This document shows positions 37,404-47,721 of a stretch of 64,000 nucleotides of DNA, piece after piece. The notes under the pieces were generated by a model. The model ran no database searches. It saw only the letters and a program-made list of their open reading frames with translations, and was not told the DNA's origin. The stretch comes from an uncultured virus (IMG/VR IMGVR_UViG_3300042907_002442) (Duplodnaviria; Heunggongvirae; Uroviricota; Caudoviricetes): IMG/VR virus record IMGVR_UViG_3300042907_002442; one strand, 5' to 3'. Position 1 is the first letter of the stretch; each line of letters opens with the position of its first letter. The position numbers and the translations under genes were made by a program.

Positions 37404-40400
37404 TAATATTCAAGGAGATTTAAGTGGTCATATTTTACCTGAGTTCGATTATGATAATATTATCCTGATTGACCCTAATAAAACTATTGACAATACTGGT
37501 AGAATAAGTGAGAGAATTGTAGACCACGAAAATTTGGTAATGTATGCCAATTTGGAGGCACAAATTTTACCGAGAACAAAACTTGCACTCGGAGTCCAAC
37601 CCAACGAAAATGTAAATACTAGCATGACTATTGCTAGAATCAATTTTCTGAAGCCCACCAAAAACAATTACATAGGTACAGGTTATTATGATGAGTTGAC
37701 AGGTAAGGATGCGTTGACTACTCAGTTTTCAAACGCCAAATTAGAAAAGACTGTCACACGTGGTAACAAAGCTTATTTCGTAGACACAGTACTAGACCAA
37801 CAAAACGTCACAGATAATGGGTTATTAGGAATCACCTCTATCATATGTAAACTTGGTACAAGTTTCATTCCATCAGTCTCAATGCAACTCGAAGATGTCC
37901 AAGGGAAAGCTTTATTCCAATTAGGAGATAACTCACCTTATGCAGCATTCTTCACTTTACCATACCCTCAATTTTATTTAACACTAAAAGGTTACTATGG
38001 TCAAGCAATAAAGTATCAACTTTACTTAGAAAAGTTTGATGCGAGATTCAATACCTCAACTGGAAATTATGCAATTACTTTAGAATTCAAAGGATTCAAA
38101 TTCAACATCTTGAATGAGATTCTTATATCTCATCTTTTAGCAACCCCTCACATGTATAACAGAAGATTTGCTACAAGTTTGGAACCTGTTGTTGCCAACC
38201 CTGCGACAAACAATCAAAGTTTACAAAACTCATCTTCAGCTCAACAAGGTGGTATTACTACAGCCACCCGCGCTGAAAATACAGTCTATGCTGAATTTGT
38301 AACCGAAAGGGGGTATGAAAAAATTGTAGAGGTTTACAGTGAATATAAAAGTAAGGGATTGATTCCCCAAGATTTTCCTGAATTGACTCTATTACAATTG
38401 ATGAACAAACTTGAAATGTTTGAAAGGAACGTCGTCAATTCTTATCCTTTGGTCAACGTTGAGCCACTAACTAACATAAGGAACTATTTGAAAACATTAA
38501 AAGCGTTTGTCGAGACTTTGATTGGTCCGCAAAGCAGTAGTTGGTTCCTAACTAATTTAGACCCAAGAGCGATAATTTTAGACAACAATAATAGGGTCTA
38601 TTTTTTCAAAAAAGAGCTTCAAACAAATTTAGCTTCACAAACAGCCGCAATCAAAAACCTTTCCACAATTTTTGATAGGAACTTATCTGAGTTGAGGAAA
38701 AACCCAACTTTGGGTGTTGACAGCACTGAAAACATAAAGATTGATAAACTTACGCCAAATCAAATTCAGGTAACTATTGATTTGAGTCAAATAAACAAAG
38801 ATGCGACTGCGGCATCTTTTTTTAATGTAATAAGTGCGAGCGACGTTCAAAAAACTACAACCAAAAATAATTTGGATATTTTGTTGGCTAAGAAAGGGAC
38901 AGTTATAAATGGCACTACCGTACAAAGTGACCCAATCTTTTTCAATTTTGACCAACAGGGTGGATTTACACAAACAGTGAATCAAATAGAAGAGGAAGTC
39001 TTGAAAAAACTCAAAGCTTATGAAACTGCGATTACTGAGGAATTAAAAATACTGATTCAAGACAAATCGACAGGTATCGGATTTAATCCAACGGTTAGAA
39101 ACATGTGTGCTGTAATAATGGCAAACACTGAAGGTTTCATTAGATTATTAGATGATTGTCATACCAAAGCTTGGAGTGTGAAATATGACCCTGTTAGGTC
39201 CTTAGCAATTCATAACAACAAATCATCAGCAAGAAACACTGAGGCTCAGACTGTTGTTCAAATTACTAGTCAGGCGGCAGGAGAAAATCAAGGTATAGTA
39301 AATGGACAGACACCTGTTTATCCTTGGCCTCAGTTTTTTGTTGAAAGTCCTGATGATAAAAAAGGCAGATATCAGTTACAATATCTTGGAGCACCATCAG
39401 TGGTCAAAATCACCCAAGCCTCTGACTTTTCCAAGTGGCCTGAAGTTGAATTCGTTGAGGAGTATATAAAGGGTTTGATTATGAAAGACAATGTTCCTTC
39501 TACACAGACCCCTATCGAAAGTCAACTTACAACATTTGCCATTCAAATAAATGCAATAGAATATCCAACTTCAAATGTCATTTATTCAAACAAACAGGAA
39601 GTCAGATATTTTTACGAAATATGGGAAAGAGAATATGTAACTGCAAACTATTCGAATTTTAGTAGGGCCTTACCAAATCAAGTTACACCATTCATAACTT
39701 TGAATACAAGTGTAGAAACTAACAACATCATAGAAAGTCTCGGTGTCAATAGTCCGAGTATTACATTCAAATTAAAAAATACTAATTTGAATTCGCAGAA
39801 CTACCCCACTTTCTTGAAACAAATTTCAAACAATGGAACAGGACCTTCTTACTATAATTACGAACGTGGATTCTTTGTCACATCATATCTCAAAGAACTG
39901 ACTGACAACCCTTTTTCTATTTTAAAAACAACAGAGTTAGGGTTGGAACCTCTCCAAAGTGCGGATTTAAAACCTTTGGTAGATTTGACTAAAAACGCTA
40001 GTAATGATTTTAAAATAATAGATACATACCCATTCACTTCAAGTGGTTGGGTTCAAACTAACATGTCTCAAAGTTCTAGAGCAACACTCAATAATGTTTT
40101 CGATACAAAAAATGTTATAACAGTATTTGCGGACAGAAATATGGTTTCAAACTTTACAGATTTGTATGATTACATAAACAAAAGACCTGTTACCAATTTT
40201 GGTTACAGAACCACACCAACTCCGAGTATTGTTGTTGAAAGTCTATCAACTCAACCTAATGTAAGTACACAAACTATGAATTTGTATTACAACGGGAGTT
40301 TGAACAATACTACACGTATGGTGCCAACAGAGGGTTTTGTTCAAACGCCATCTAGTAACTACTTAGGTAAAACACAAACAACATCAATATTGAACACACC

Positions 40401-43400
40401 ATTTTTTATAAATGCGATACAAAATGGTGTTAGATTAGAAAAAAACAGAAATAGGAACCCTTACATACAAGCCGCTTACTTATTCATAAATTCTCTTCCA
40501 CTCATAAGTCTGAGAGAGAGATATAAAAGTTTGGGAATAAATAATGAGTTGGATTATATGGCTTCATGTTTCAATAAATTCGGTGCCGTTCACAAAGTAC
40601 CTTATGCTTGGATATTGAAGATGGGTTCAATATGGTATAGGTACAAAACATATGTAGAAACGAATAGAGATATTTTAGATGGTATATGGAACAATTTCGA
40701 TTATTTAGGCAATTTCGACCCGGTTTTTAGTGCTAAAACTACAACATACGAATTTCAATTCCCAATAACTAATCCGACCAAATATAAAGTTAGTTTAGAG
40801 AAACAAAATCAAAATCTACTCGAGATACAGACAGGTTTCTATCCCAAGCTTATGAATGATTTTGCCTATTTTTATAATGGTAGGGATTTGTTTCAAAATT
40901 ATTCTAATGATGAAATACAATCTGCGGTATCTGATGGACTAAGGTTATATCAATTTCCGAATTCAGAATTCTCGGCAGAGCAAAACAACAAAGATGTGAA
41001 CGTTAGCACGTGGTCTGCACTTTTACCAAACACTTTAGTTGATGCTTATAGTACTATAAATCTTTGTGTACCGGCAAGTGATGAAGTTGAGCTTGGTACA
41101 GAGTATTATATCCTTCCGTCATTTGGTGCTAATATGAACCAAACCAATTATGAGTTAGTTACCAATCAAACTAGTAATCCAGTAACAACAACAGATTTGG
41201 TAGATAACAAAGCTATGTATAATGGTTCTGCGAGATGTTTATGGGCTGCTTCAAACTATGGTTACTTTGATGCTAATCAAGTAATCAAACCAGATACAGA
41301 TTCGTATATGAATTTAATTTATTCTGACGGGTCTACAATAGTACCATTCCAACTTTTATCATCAAACACTTACTCTACAATGGAGGAAATCTTTGGAGTA
41401 TTTGATAAAAGAGCTTTGGATTTGATGGAAAAAGAATTCCTGAATTATTGTGCACCAATCACGAACGTTAAATACGCACCAGTTCGTAGTGAAATAAATA
41501 AAAGTGCAGTACAAATTGATGGTATTTCAAGAAATTTCCAAGCTTTCATGAGGGAGGCAATGAAACTTACACCAACTTTAGCAACGAGAACGAGTGAATT
41601 GTTTAAGGAAGCTATTACAAATCAATTCAATAATTTCTCATCACAAATAAAATCAATAATGGAATATGATGTGATTATAAGAAATGGTAATCCATCAAAA
41701 TTTAATAGAAAAGTTTGGGAGTCATATATCTCAATTGGCTTACCAACACCCACGGTAGTCGAGCCAATTACATTCCAACCTTATGTTACTAATACCTTAC
41801 CATCGGTTGGGGGAGGAATTACTTTACAACAATCTCAAAACTTAAATGGGCCAGCATGGAGAGCATTACTAACAGAGGTTGGATTTTCATCAATAGCGGA
41901 ATTGACTTATACTGATAACGGTTCGTATATTACTGACTTCTTCATCAATAACAATATAGAATTTTCATCAAGGAATGTGGTTCTTTTGGCTCCAATTATA
42001 AAAATGTATGCAACTCAGAGATTGAATAATCCAAATCTATTGGTTACAAATTTCAGAGACAACCTTACAGCATATATAAACAACAACGAGACCTTCCAAA
42101 ATGATTTATTAAATCAAGTTATTATATCTACACAAGCTAAATTACCTGATGTTCAAGAACCTCAAGAACAAACAATCCAATCAGGACTTTCAGGTTTGCA
42201 GGGTAAGGTAGAAATATATAATGTCTTTAAAGCACTGAATGACAAATGGGTTGCAGGGTATGATTATTCTCAGAGAACTTTATTTGAGGATATTTTATTC
42301 TTGGATAGGGCTTCACGCAACATAGGTGAAACAGTAGTTCTTGATATTTTCTCAATAAAAAATTTAATAAATAAGAACTCTTTGAACGAAGGAATGAGTG
42401 TATACACTCTGCTAAGTTCAATGTTGATGCAGAATAATTTTGTTGTGATGCCACTACCCGCATACTGTAATTTTTATAATGTTCAAGAAGTCAACGGTTT
42501 ACAAAGTCCAAACACAGAGTCAACTTTAGATTTCGCAGATAATATGTGGGGGACATTCACAAATGTGGATTATAGAAAGTCTGGTCCAAAAATAGTTTGT
42601 TTTTACGTCGGTAAGCCATCTGACCAATTAGGTGTTTCAGTTAAACTTACAGGTATAGGGGATGATGGATTTGACTTGAGAAATCCTACAGGAAACCCTC
42701 TTATTGAAAACCAACTAGGAAAAAATGACTTTGATAAATCAAATAAGGTAGTTGGATTTAATGTAGATATAGGTATAAGAAATCAGAATGTTTTTCAGAC
42801 CTTCAGTGTATCTCAAGACAACGGAAAGGCAACATCCGAATCCATCGCTGCGGTATTGATGATGGCCGACCAAACTAATACAAAGAATGTTGGTACTCAA
42901 AATGCTAGTTTGTATAATTTCTATAAAAGGAGAAGTTATCAGTGTGAAGTCAGCGCTATGGGTAACGCCCTAATTCAACCAACTATGTATTTCAATTTGA
43001 GACACGTTCCAATGTTCAATGGTCCATATTTGATTACAGATGTTTCACATACGATAACCCCAGGTGACTTCACTACAAATTTTACAGGAGTAAGACAGGG
43101 TATATATGATTATCCTGTGGAGGACAACTATCTTCAAAAGATAAATCAAAATCTTCTGACTCAATTAGAAAACTTAGTTATACAAAAGACAGACCAAAAC
43201 ACAACAATAACCACCACAAACCAAGGAAAAGAAACAAACCTAATACAAAATTCTAATAACCTCTCTGTAGATGCCCAAAATGCTTGTAGAGCGAATCTAT
43301 CACCGCAATTTGATAGACTTGAATCAACTACAGGACAACTTACAAAATTGACCGCAACTGATTTCTCTAATAGTCTCAAAACCTATACAGGTACCGCACC

Positions 43401-44187
43401 TAACGCAGAGCTTCAGACTATAGTTTATGTTCTATCTTATATCCGAACATTCAGTATTGCTGGTGACCCTAAAGGAGAGTTTGTTGCGTATGATAATAAC
43501 TTCAGTAATATTACTTTGGATAAACCAATAGCATCATCGCTTACACAGGATTTTGTACCTAACGTATATGCATGTATTAAAACCAAAACCATAAGTGGTG
43601 ATAAATCATTACCGGCCGCGAAATTTAATGATGTAAATACCTACCTGAAATTTATGACAGGTCTTATAACACCGAGAATTTCACAGATTACAGGAGGAGT
43701 TTTTAAAGAAAAAATTATTGAATATTATTGTACTGCATTCCCTGCGGCTCAGGTTACCCTAGAATATTATGAATCAAACATAGATAGATTTTTGGGAATT
43801 TATGGTAGTATAGTTGACCAGGCAATTGCAAGTGCCGGAAGAGTGGGATTGAGGACTGATATAGGAACCGCATTCAATCAAGGAGGAGGAGGTCAACAAA
43901 CAACAATACCGGCGTGTCCACCAACAGTATTATCAGGATTCTCACCACTGACAGGTACTACTGGAACTGTAATGAGTCTTTCAGGTACAAACTTAGAATA
44001 CGTCAGAACTATAACGGTTGGAACAACTCAAGTGGATTTCAGAACAGTACAATTTATATCAACTAATAAAATAAAATTCTCAATACCACAAATAGTTAGT
44101 ACACCACCACAACAACTACAAATATCAGTAACAACAACAGGAAATGCGGTACCTGTTACCGCACCTGGTGTATTCACTTTTATTTAA
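37393..44187 (+). CDS. giant baseplate hub protein (gp27/gpD-like elements) with C-terminal IPT/TIG domain
   Basis: 2264 aa; YQCEVSAMGNALIQP...GPYLITDVSHTITPGDFTTNFTGVR is hub-like; C-terminal FSPLTGTTGTVMSLSGTNL...FTF is IPT/TIG-like. Confidence 0.65.
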   Translation: MAGSNIQGDLSGHILPEFDYDNIILIDPNKTIDNTGRISERIVDHENLVMYANLEAQILPRTKLALGVQPNENVNTSMTIARINFLKPTKNNYIGTGYYDELTGKDALTTQFSNAKLEKTVTRGNKAYFVDTVLDQQNVTDNGLLGITSIICKLGTSFIPSVSMQLEDVQGKALFQLGDNSPYAAFFTLPYPQFYLTLKGYYGQAIKYQLYLEKFDARFNTSTGNYAITLEFKGFKFNILNEILISHLLATPHMYNRRFATSLEPVVANPATNNQSLQNSSSAQQGGITTATRAENTVYAEFVTERGYEKIVEVYSEYKSKGLIPQDFPELTLLQLMNKLEMFERNVVNSYPLVNVEPLTNIRNYLKTLKAFVETLIGPQSSSWFLTNLDPRAIILDNNNRVYFFKKELQTNLASQTAAIKNLSTIFDRNLSELRKNPTLGVDSTENIKIDKLTPNQIQVTIDLSQINKDATAASFFNVISASDVQKTTTKNNLDILLAKKGTVINGTTVQSDPIFFNFDQQGGFTQTVNQIEEEVLKKLKAYETAITEELKILIQDKSTGIGFNPTVRNMCAVIMANTEGFIRLLDDCHTKAWSVKYDPVRSLAIHNNKSSARNTEAQTVVQITSQAAGENQGIVNGQTPVYPWPQFFVESPDDKKGRYQLQYLGAPSVVKITQASDFSKWPEVEFVEEYIKGLIMKDNVPSTQTPIESQLTTFAIQINAIEYPTSNVIYSNKQEVRYFYEIWEREYVTANYSNFSRALPNQVTPFITLNTSVETNNIIESLGVNSPSITFKLKNTNLNSQNYPTFLKQISNNGTGPSYYNYERGFFVTSYLKELTDNPFSILKTTELGLEPLQSADLKPLVDLTKNASNDFKIIDTYPFTSSGWVQTNMSQSSRATLNNVFDTKNVITVFADRNMVSNFTDLYDYINKRPVTNFGYRTTPTPSIVVESLSTQPNVSTQTMNLYYNGSLNNTTRMVPTEGFVQTPSSNYLGKTQTTSILNTPFFINAIQNGVRLEKNRNRNPYIQAAYLFINSLPLISLRERYKSLGINNELDYMASCFNKFGAVHKVPYAWILKMGSIWYRYKTYVETNRDILDGIWNNFDYLGNFDPVFSAKTTTYEFQFPITNPTKYKVSLEKQNQNLLEIQTGFYPKLMNDFAYFYNGRDLFQNYSNDEIQSAVSDGLRLYQFPNSEFSAEQNNKDVNVSTWSALLPNTLVDAYSTINLCVPASDEVELGTEYYILPSFGANMNQTNYELVTNQTSNPVTTTDLVDNKAMYNGSARCLWAASNYGYFDANQVIKPDTDSYMNLIYSDGSTIVPFQLLSSNTYSTMEEIFGVFDKRALDLMEKEFLNYCAPITNVKYAPVRSEINKSAVQIDGISRNFQAFMREAMKLTPTLATRTSELFKEAITNQFNNFSSQIKSIMEYDVIIRNGNPSKFNRKVWESYISIGLPTPTVVEPITFQPYVTNTLPSVGGGITLQQSQNLNGPAWRALLTEVGFSSIAELTYTDNGSYITDFFINNNIEFSSRNVVLLAPIIKMYATQRLNNPNLLVTNFRDNLTAYINNNETFQNDLLNQVIISTQAKLPDVQEPQEQTIQSGLSGLQGKVEIYNVFKALNDKWVAGYDYSQRTLFEDILFLDRASRNIGETVVLDIFSIKNLINKNSLNEGMSVYTLLSSMLMQNNFVVMPLPAYCNFYNVQEVNGLQSPNTESTLDFADNMWGTFTNVDYRKSGPKIVCFYVGKPSDQLGVSVKLTGIGDDGFDLRNPTGNPLIENQLGKNDFDKSNKVVGFNVDIGIRNQNVFQTFSVSQDNGKATSESIAAVLMMADQTNTKNVGTQNASLYNFYKRRSYQCEVSAMGNALIQPTMYFNLRHVPMFNGPYLITDVSHTITPGDFTTNFTGVRQGIYDYPVEDNYLQKINQNLLTQLENLVIQKTDQNTTITTTNQGKETNLIQNSNNLSVDAQNACRANLSPQFDRLESTTGQLTKLTATDFSNSLKTYTGTAPNAELQTIVYVLSYIRTFSIAGDPKGEFVAYDNNFSNITLDKPIASSLTQDFVPNVYACIKTKTISGDKSLPAAKFNDVNTYLKFMTGLITPRISQITGGVFKEKIIEYYCTAFPAAQVTLEYYESNIDRFLGIYGSIVDQAIASAGRVGLRTDIGTAFNQGGGGQQTTIPACPPTVLSGFSPLTGTTGTVMSLSGTNLEYVRTITVGTTQVDFRTVQFISTNKIKFSIPQIVSTPPQQLQISVTTTGNAVPVTAPGVFTFI

Positions 44188-44215
44188 TCTAATATATTTA
44201 TATAAAAACAATTCT

Positions 44216-44440
44216 ATGAATTTAAAAACAATGCTCGACAATTATTTGGGAAAACCAGTTAGGTTTTCAGAGCAAGACAATGGGGACGGCTCCAAAGAGG
44301 TTTGTGATTTGGACACCGGTGAGTGTTATATGGTCAGAGAAAGAGATGGTCTTATTGAGAGAGCAGGTCACCAACATTTAGCCAACAGAAGAGTAAAGGT
44401 AGAAACTGCCAAAGGAATTAAACAACTTTTAAACGGGTAA
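44216..44440 (+). CDS. hypothetical protein (74 aa)
   Basis: ATG at 44216 after TATTTATA (44195-202), preferred over the track start at 44144. Confidence 0.65.
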   Translation: MNLKTMLDNYLGKPVRFSEQDNGDGSKEVCDLDTGECYMVRERDGLIERAGHQHLANRRVKVETAKGIKQLLNG

Positions 44441-44442
44441 AA

Positions 44443-45117
44443 ATGGGTATAGATAAAAAAATTCTAAGTGAAATAGAGAGATATAATTCAATTGTAAATT
44501 ATATCAAAGAACAGGCTATTGAACCTCCTCCACCAGACCCAGCAGCAGATGCAGCTGCGGCTTTGGGGGCTCCAGCAACAGCACCCGCAGAAACACCGGC
44601 TGCAGATATCCCGAAAGGTATTCCAACACCTGAGCCTTTAGATGTTGAGTCAGACCCAGATGTAGAAAAATTGGATGATAAGGGTAAATCAACTGAGAAG
44701 AAAGATGAAGAGAGTGGAACTGAAGAATTAGAGATAACGGATTTAGTTGATGCTCAAAAAAATATCCAACAAAAACAAGACGAATACTTTGAAAACCTTT
44801 TTGGACAATTATCTAATTTAGAGAAAAGACTTGGTGAGATGGACCAAATCATGGGTAAGTTAAACTCTTTGGAAAGTAAATTAGAAAAATATAGGTCCAA
44901 GAGTCCTGAAGAAAAATTGAATTTGAGAGTCTATGATTCATACCCTTATAACCAAAGACTCACTGATTTTTTTGATGACAAAAAAGAAGAAATGGAAAAA
45001 ACGGGAAAAAATGAATATGTTTTGACTGACGACCAAGTTAGTGATATCAATGTGAACGATATAAAAAATTCATTTCAACCGAGTGGAGAGGATAGAGAAG
45101 ATTTTAAATTTAAATAA
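44443..45117 (+). CDS. acidic coiled-coil protein, possible scaffold or internal head protein
   Basis: Pro/Ala-rich then Glu/Asp-rich segment and a coiled coil; ILSE/IKEQ leader. Confidence 0.5.
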   Translation: MGIDKKILSEIERYNSIVNYIKEQAIEPPPPDPAADAAAALGAPATAPAETPAADIPKGIPTPEPLDVESDPDVEKLDDKGKSTEKKDEESGTEELEITDLVDAQKNIQQKQDEYFENLFGQLSNLEKRLGEMDQIMGKLNSLESKLEKYRSKSPEEKLNLRVYDSYPYNQRLTDFFDDKKEEMEKTGKNEYVLTDDQVSDINVNDIKNSFQPSGEDREDFKFK

Positions 45118-45118
45118 T

Positions 45119-45144
45119 AAAAAGGGACCGATTGGTCCCTTTTA
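45119..45144. terminator. intrinsic terminator, possibly bidirectional
   Basis: AAAAGGGACC-GATT-GGTCCCTTTT perfect inverted repeat. Confidence 0.75.
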
Positions 45145-45146
45145 AA

Positions 45147-45178
45147 TTTGACATATAGGGAAATCCCAATTATATTTG
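45147..45178 (+). promoter_or_regulatory. Bacteroidota-type housekeeping promoter (-33 TTTG / -7 TAnnTTTG)
   Basis: TTTG at 45147-50, 20 nt spacer, TATATTTG at 45171-78, 24 nt before the SSB ATG. Confidence 0.7.
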
Positions 45179-45202
45179 CTAAACAATCTAAATTTATAAA
45201 AA

Positions 45203-46048
45203 ATGAGTAATGTATTAGACGCCGTATTGGCACAGTATGAAAAAAATCAAATGGGCGGGGCCCAATCGAAAATGTCGCAAGACGAAAGAATGAAAAAGTA
45301 TTTCGCTTTAATCCTTGGTGATAAAGAGAAATCAGGTCAGAGAAGAGTGAGAATTCTTCCTACCACAGATGGTTCCTCACCATTCAAAGAGGCTTGGTAT
45401 CATGAAATCCAAGTAGGTGGTCAATGGCAGAAGTTCTATGACCCAGGAAAAAATGACAACGAACGTTCACCTTTGAACGAAGTTTACGAAGAGTTGATGG
45501 CAACAGGTAAGGAATCCGATAAGGAACTTGCAAAGCAATACAAATCTCGTAAGTTTTACATCGTTAAAGTTATCGACCGTGATAACGAAGCTGACGGTCC
45601 AAAGTTTTGGAGATTTAAACACAACTATAAGAATGAGGGTATTCTTGACAAGATTATTCCCATTTGGAGAAACAAGGGTGATATTACAGATGCTGAAAAA
45701 GGTCGTGACCTAATCATCGAGTTGGCTAAATCTAAAACTCCAAAAGGAAAAGAGTATACAACTGTTTCAGCAATCATGTACGACGACCCAACACCTGTTC
45801 ATACAGATAAAGACCAAGCTAACGAGTGGGTAAATGATGAGTTGTCTTGGACTGATGTATATAGTAAAAAACCTGTAGAGTATCTTGAAGCAATCGCACA
45901 AGGTAAAACACCAAAGTGGGATAACGAAAAAGGTGGATATGTCTACGGTGATGATGAAGTATCTGAAACCTCAATTGGTGGTTCCAAGTCTTCTAAAGTT
46001 ACTGACCCACAAGCTGACGCTGAAGCTGACACTGATTTACCATTCTAA
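45203..46048 (+). CDS. single-stranded DNA-binding protein (T4 gp32-like)
   Basis: RVRILPT...PF...H, VIDRDNEADGPKFW, GDITD...GRDL; acidic tail ending DTDLPF. Confidence 0.85.
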   Translation: MSNVLDAVLAQYEKNQMGGAQSKMSQDERMKKYFALILGDKEKSGQRRVRILPTTDGSSPFKEAWYHEIQVGGQWQKFYDPGKNDNERSPLNEVYEELMATGKESDKELAKQYKSRKFYIVKVIDRDNEADGPKFWRFKHNYKNEGILDKIIPIWRNKGDITDAEKGRDLIIELAKSKTPKGKEYTTVSAIMYDDPTPVHTDKDQANEWVNDELSWTDVYSKKPVEYLEAIAQGKTPKWDNEKGGYVYGDDEVSETSIGGSKSSKVTDPQADAEADTDLPF

Positions 46049-46057
46049 TTTTATAAC

Positions 46058-46089
46058 AAGGGCGGGTCAAACCGCCCTTATATTTTTTT
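46058..46089 (+). terminator. putative intrinsic terminator after SSB
   Basis: AAGGGCGG-GTCAAA-CCGCCCTT stem followed by ATATTTTTTT. Confidence 0.65.
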
Positions 46090-46092
46090 ATA

Positions 46093-46305
46093 ATGACATT
46101 CAAAGTAAAAGAACATCCGAAAAAAGTTTTCGAAGCCGTCACCTACGATTTTACAATAATAGATAAAAACGGAAAAGAACTTCAACTCAGAAAATGGGAA
46201 GACTCTAATGGTGGTGGGTATTTTATTTTCGAGAATGAAGATTGGCTTGAGTTTCACCCCGATGAAGAATTGGACGATTTTATAACATACGATTTAGACT
46301 TTTAA
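46093..46305 (+). CDS. hypothetical acidic protein
   Basis: 70 aa ORF filling the gap between SSB and RecA. Confidence 0.6.
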   Translation: MTFKVKEHPKKVFEAVTYDFTIIDKNGKELQLRKWEDSNGGGYFIFENEDWLEFHPDEELDDFITYDLDF

Positions 46306-46307
46306 TT

Positions 46308-47309
46308 ATGGCAATCAAGAAAAACGATTTTAGTAATCTGAAAAAGAAGTTCTCAACTTCTGCAAAATATAAACCCCAAAGATTTTTGGACTTAGGTGCC
46401 GATTTCTTGGATGCCGTTGGTTTACCTGGTCCTGCTATTGGACATATCAATATGTTTTTGGGTCACTCAGATACAGGTAAAACAACTGCAGCAATCAAAG
46501 CTGCTGTAGATGCTCAAAAGAAAGAAATCTTACCTGTGTTCATCATTACAGAACAGAAGTGGAGTTTTGACCATGCTAAACTCATGGGGTTCCAATGTGA
46601 CGAGGTTGTTGACACCGAAACAGGTGAGTTGGATTGGGACGGATTCTTTCTATTCAATAACAACTTCAGCTACATAGAACAAATCACCGATTACATCAAT
46701 CAACTATTGGATGCTCAAGAAAAAGGGGAATTGAACTATAGCCTATGTTTCATTTGGGATTCTGTAGGTTCAGTACCTTGTAAGATGACCTATGAGGGTA
46801 AAGGTGGTAAACAACACAACGCATCCGTTTTATCCGATAAAATCGGAATGGGTATCAACCAAAGAATTTCTGGTTCAAGAAAAGCGGATACCGAATATGA
46901 AAATACATTGATTATCATAAATCAACCTTGGGTTGAATTACCGGACAATCCTTTCGGACAACCGAAGATTAAAGCTAAAGGTGGTGAATCTGTTTGGTTG
47001 AACTCGTCTTTGGTATTTTTGTTCGGAAATCAGAAAGGTGCTGGAACTACAAAAATTACTGCGACAAAAGACAAACGTTCCGTTAAATTTGCCGTTAGGA
47101 GTAAGATATCTGTAATGAAAAACCACATCAACGGACTCGGATTCGATGATGGGAAAATTATTGTAACACCTCATGGGTTTTTGGCGGGTAAAGATTCAAC
47201 AGAAGAAAAAGCATCTATCGAAGCATACAAAAAAGAATATGCCGACTATTGGAAGGATATTATTGGTGCTGAAGGAGATTTCACTTTGACCGAAGAGAAA
47301 GAAGAGTAA
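46308..47309 (+). CDS. uvsX: RecA/UvsX-like recombinase
   Basis: Walker A GHSDTGKTT, Walker B FIWDSVG, IIINQ, KGGES, KNHING. Confidence 0.85.
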   Translation: MAIKKNDFSNLKKKFSTSAKYKPQRFLDLGADFLDAVGLPGPAIGHINMFLGHSDTGKTTAAIKAAVDAQKKEILPVFIITEQKWSFDHAKLMGFQCDEVVDTETGELDWDGFFLFNNNFSYIEQITDYINQLLDAQEKGELNYSLCFIWDSVGSVPCKMTYEGKGGKQHNASVLSDKIGMGINQRISGSRKADTEYENTLIIINQPWVELPDNPFGQPKIKAKGGESVWLNSSLVFLFGNQKGAGTTKITATKDKRSVKFAVRSKISVMKNHINGLGFDDGKIIVTPHGFLAGKDSTEEKASIEAYKKEYADYWKDIIGAEGDFTLTEEKEE

Positions 47310-47310
47310 T

Positions 47311-47712
47311 ATGGTAAACATTCCTGTAAGCGTCGGTGAACTAATTGATAAGTTATCAATTCTTCAAGTTAAAAAGAATAAAATCTCAAATCCTGAAAAA
47401 TTAGATTACATCAATAAAGAATTTGAACTTCTTTATAATTTATCTTCGGAGTATTTGAACAATTTGATAATTAAAAACTTATATCATAATCTAGTCAGTA
47501 CTAATTCAAATTTATGGGAAATTGAAGATATCTTGAGAATATTAGAAAAAGAAGGTAAGTTCGAAGATGAATTTATCAATTTGGCGAGAAAAGTTTATTT
47601 CACTAACGACAAAAGATTCGATTTGAAAAATCAAATCAATTCTATAACTTCGTCAGAAATCAGAGAAGTTAAAGAATATGTGGACTACAGAAAGGAAAAC
47701 AATCACCTCTAA
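47311..47712 (+). CDS. DUF6165-like helical protein
   Basis: PVSVGELIDKLSIL...LWEIED..R...LARKVY.TND.R...K..IN...EVKEY. Confidence 0.6.
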   Translation: MVNIPVSVGELIDKLSILQVKKNKISNPEKLDYINKEFELLYNLSSEYLNNLIIKNLYHNLVSTNSNLWEIEDILRILEKEGKFEDEFINLARKVYFTNDKRFDLKNQINSITSSEIREVKEYVDYRKENNHL

Positions 47713-47721
47713 ATCAAATAT

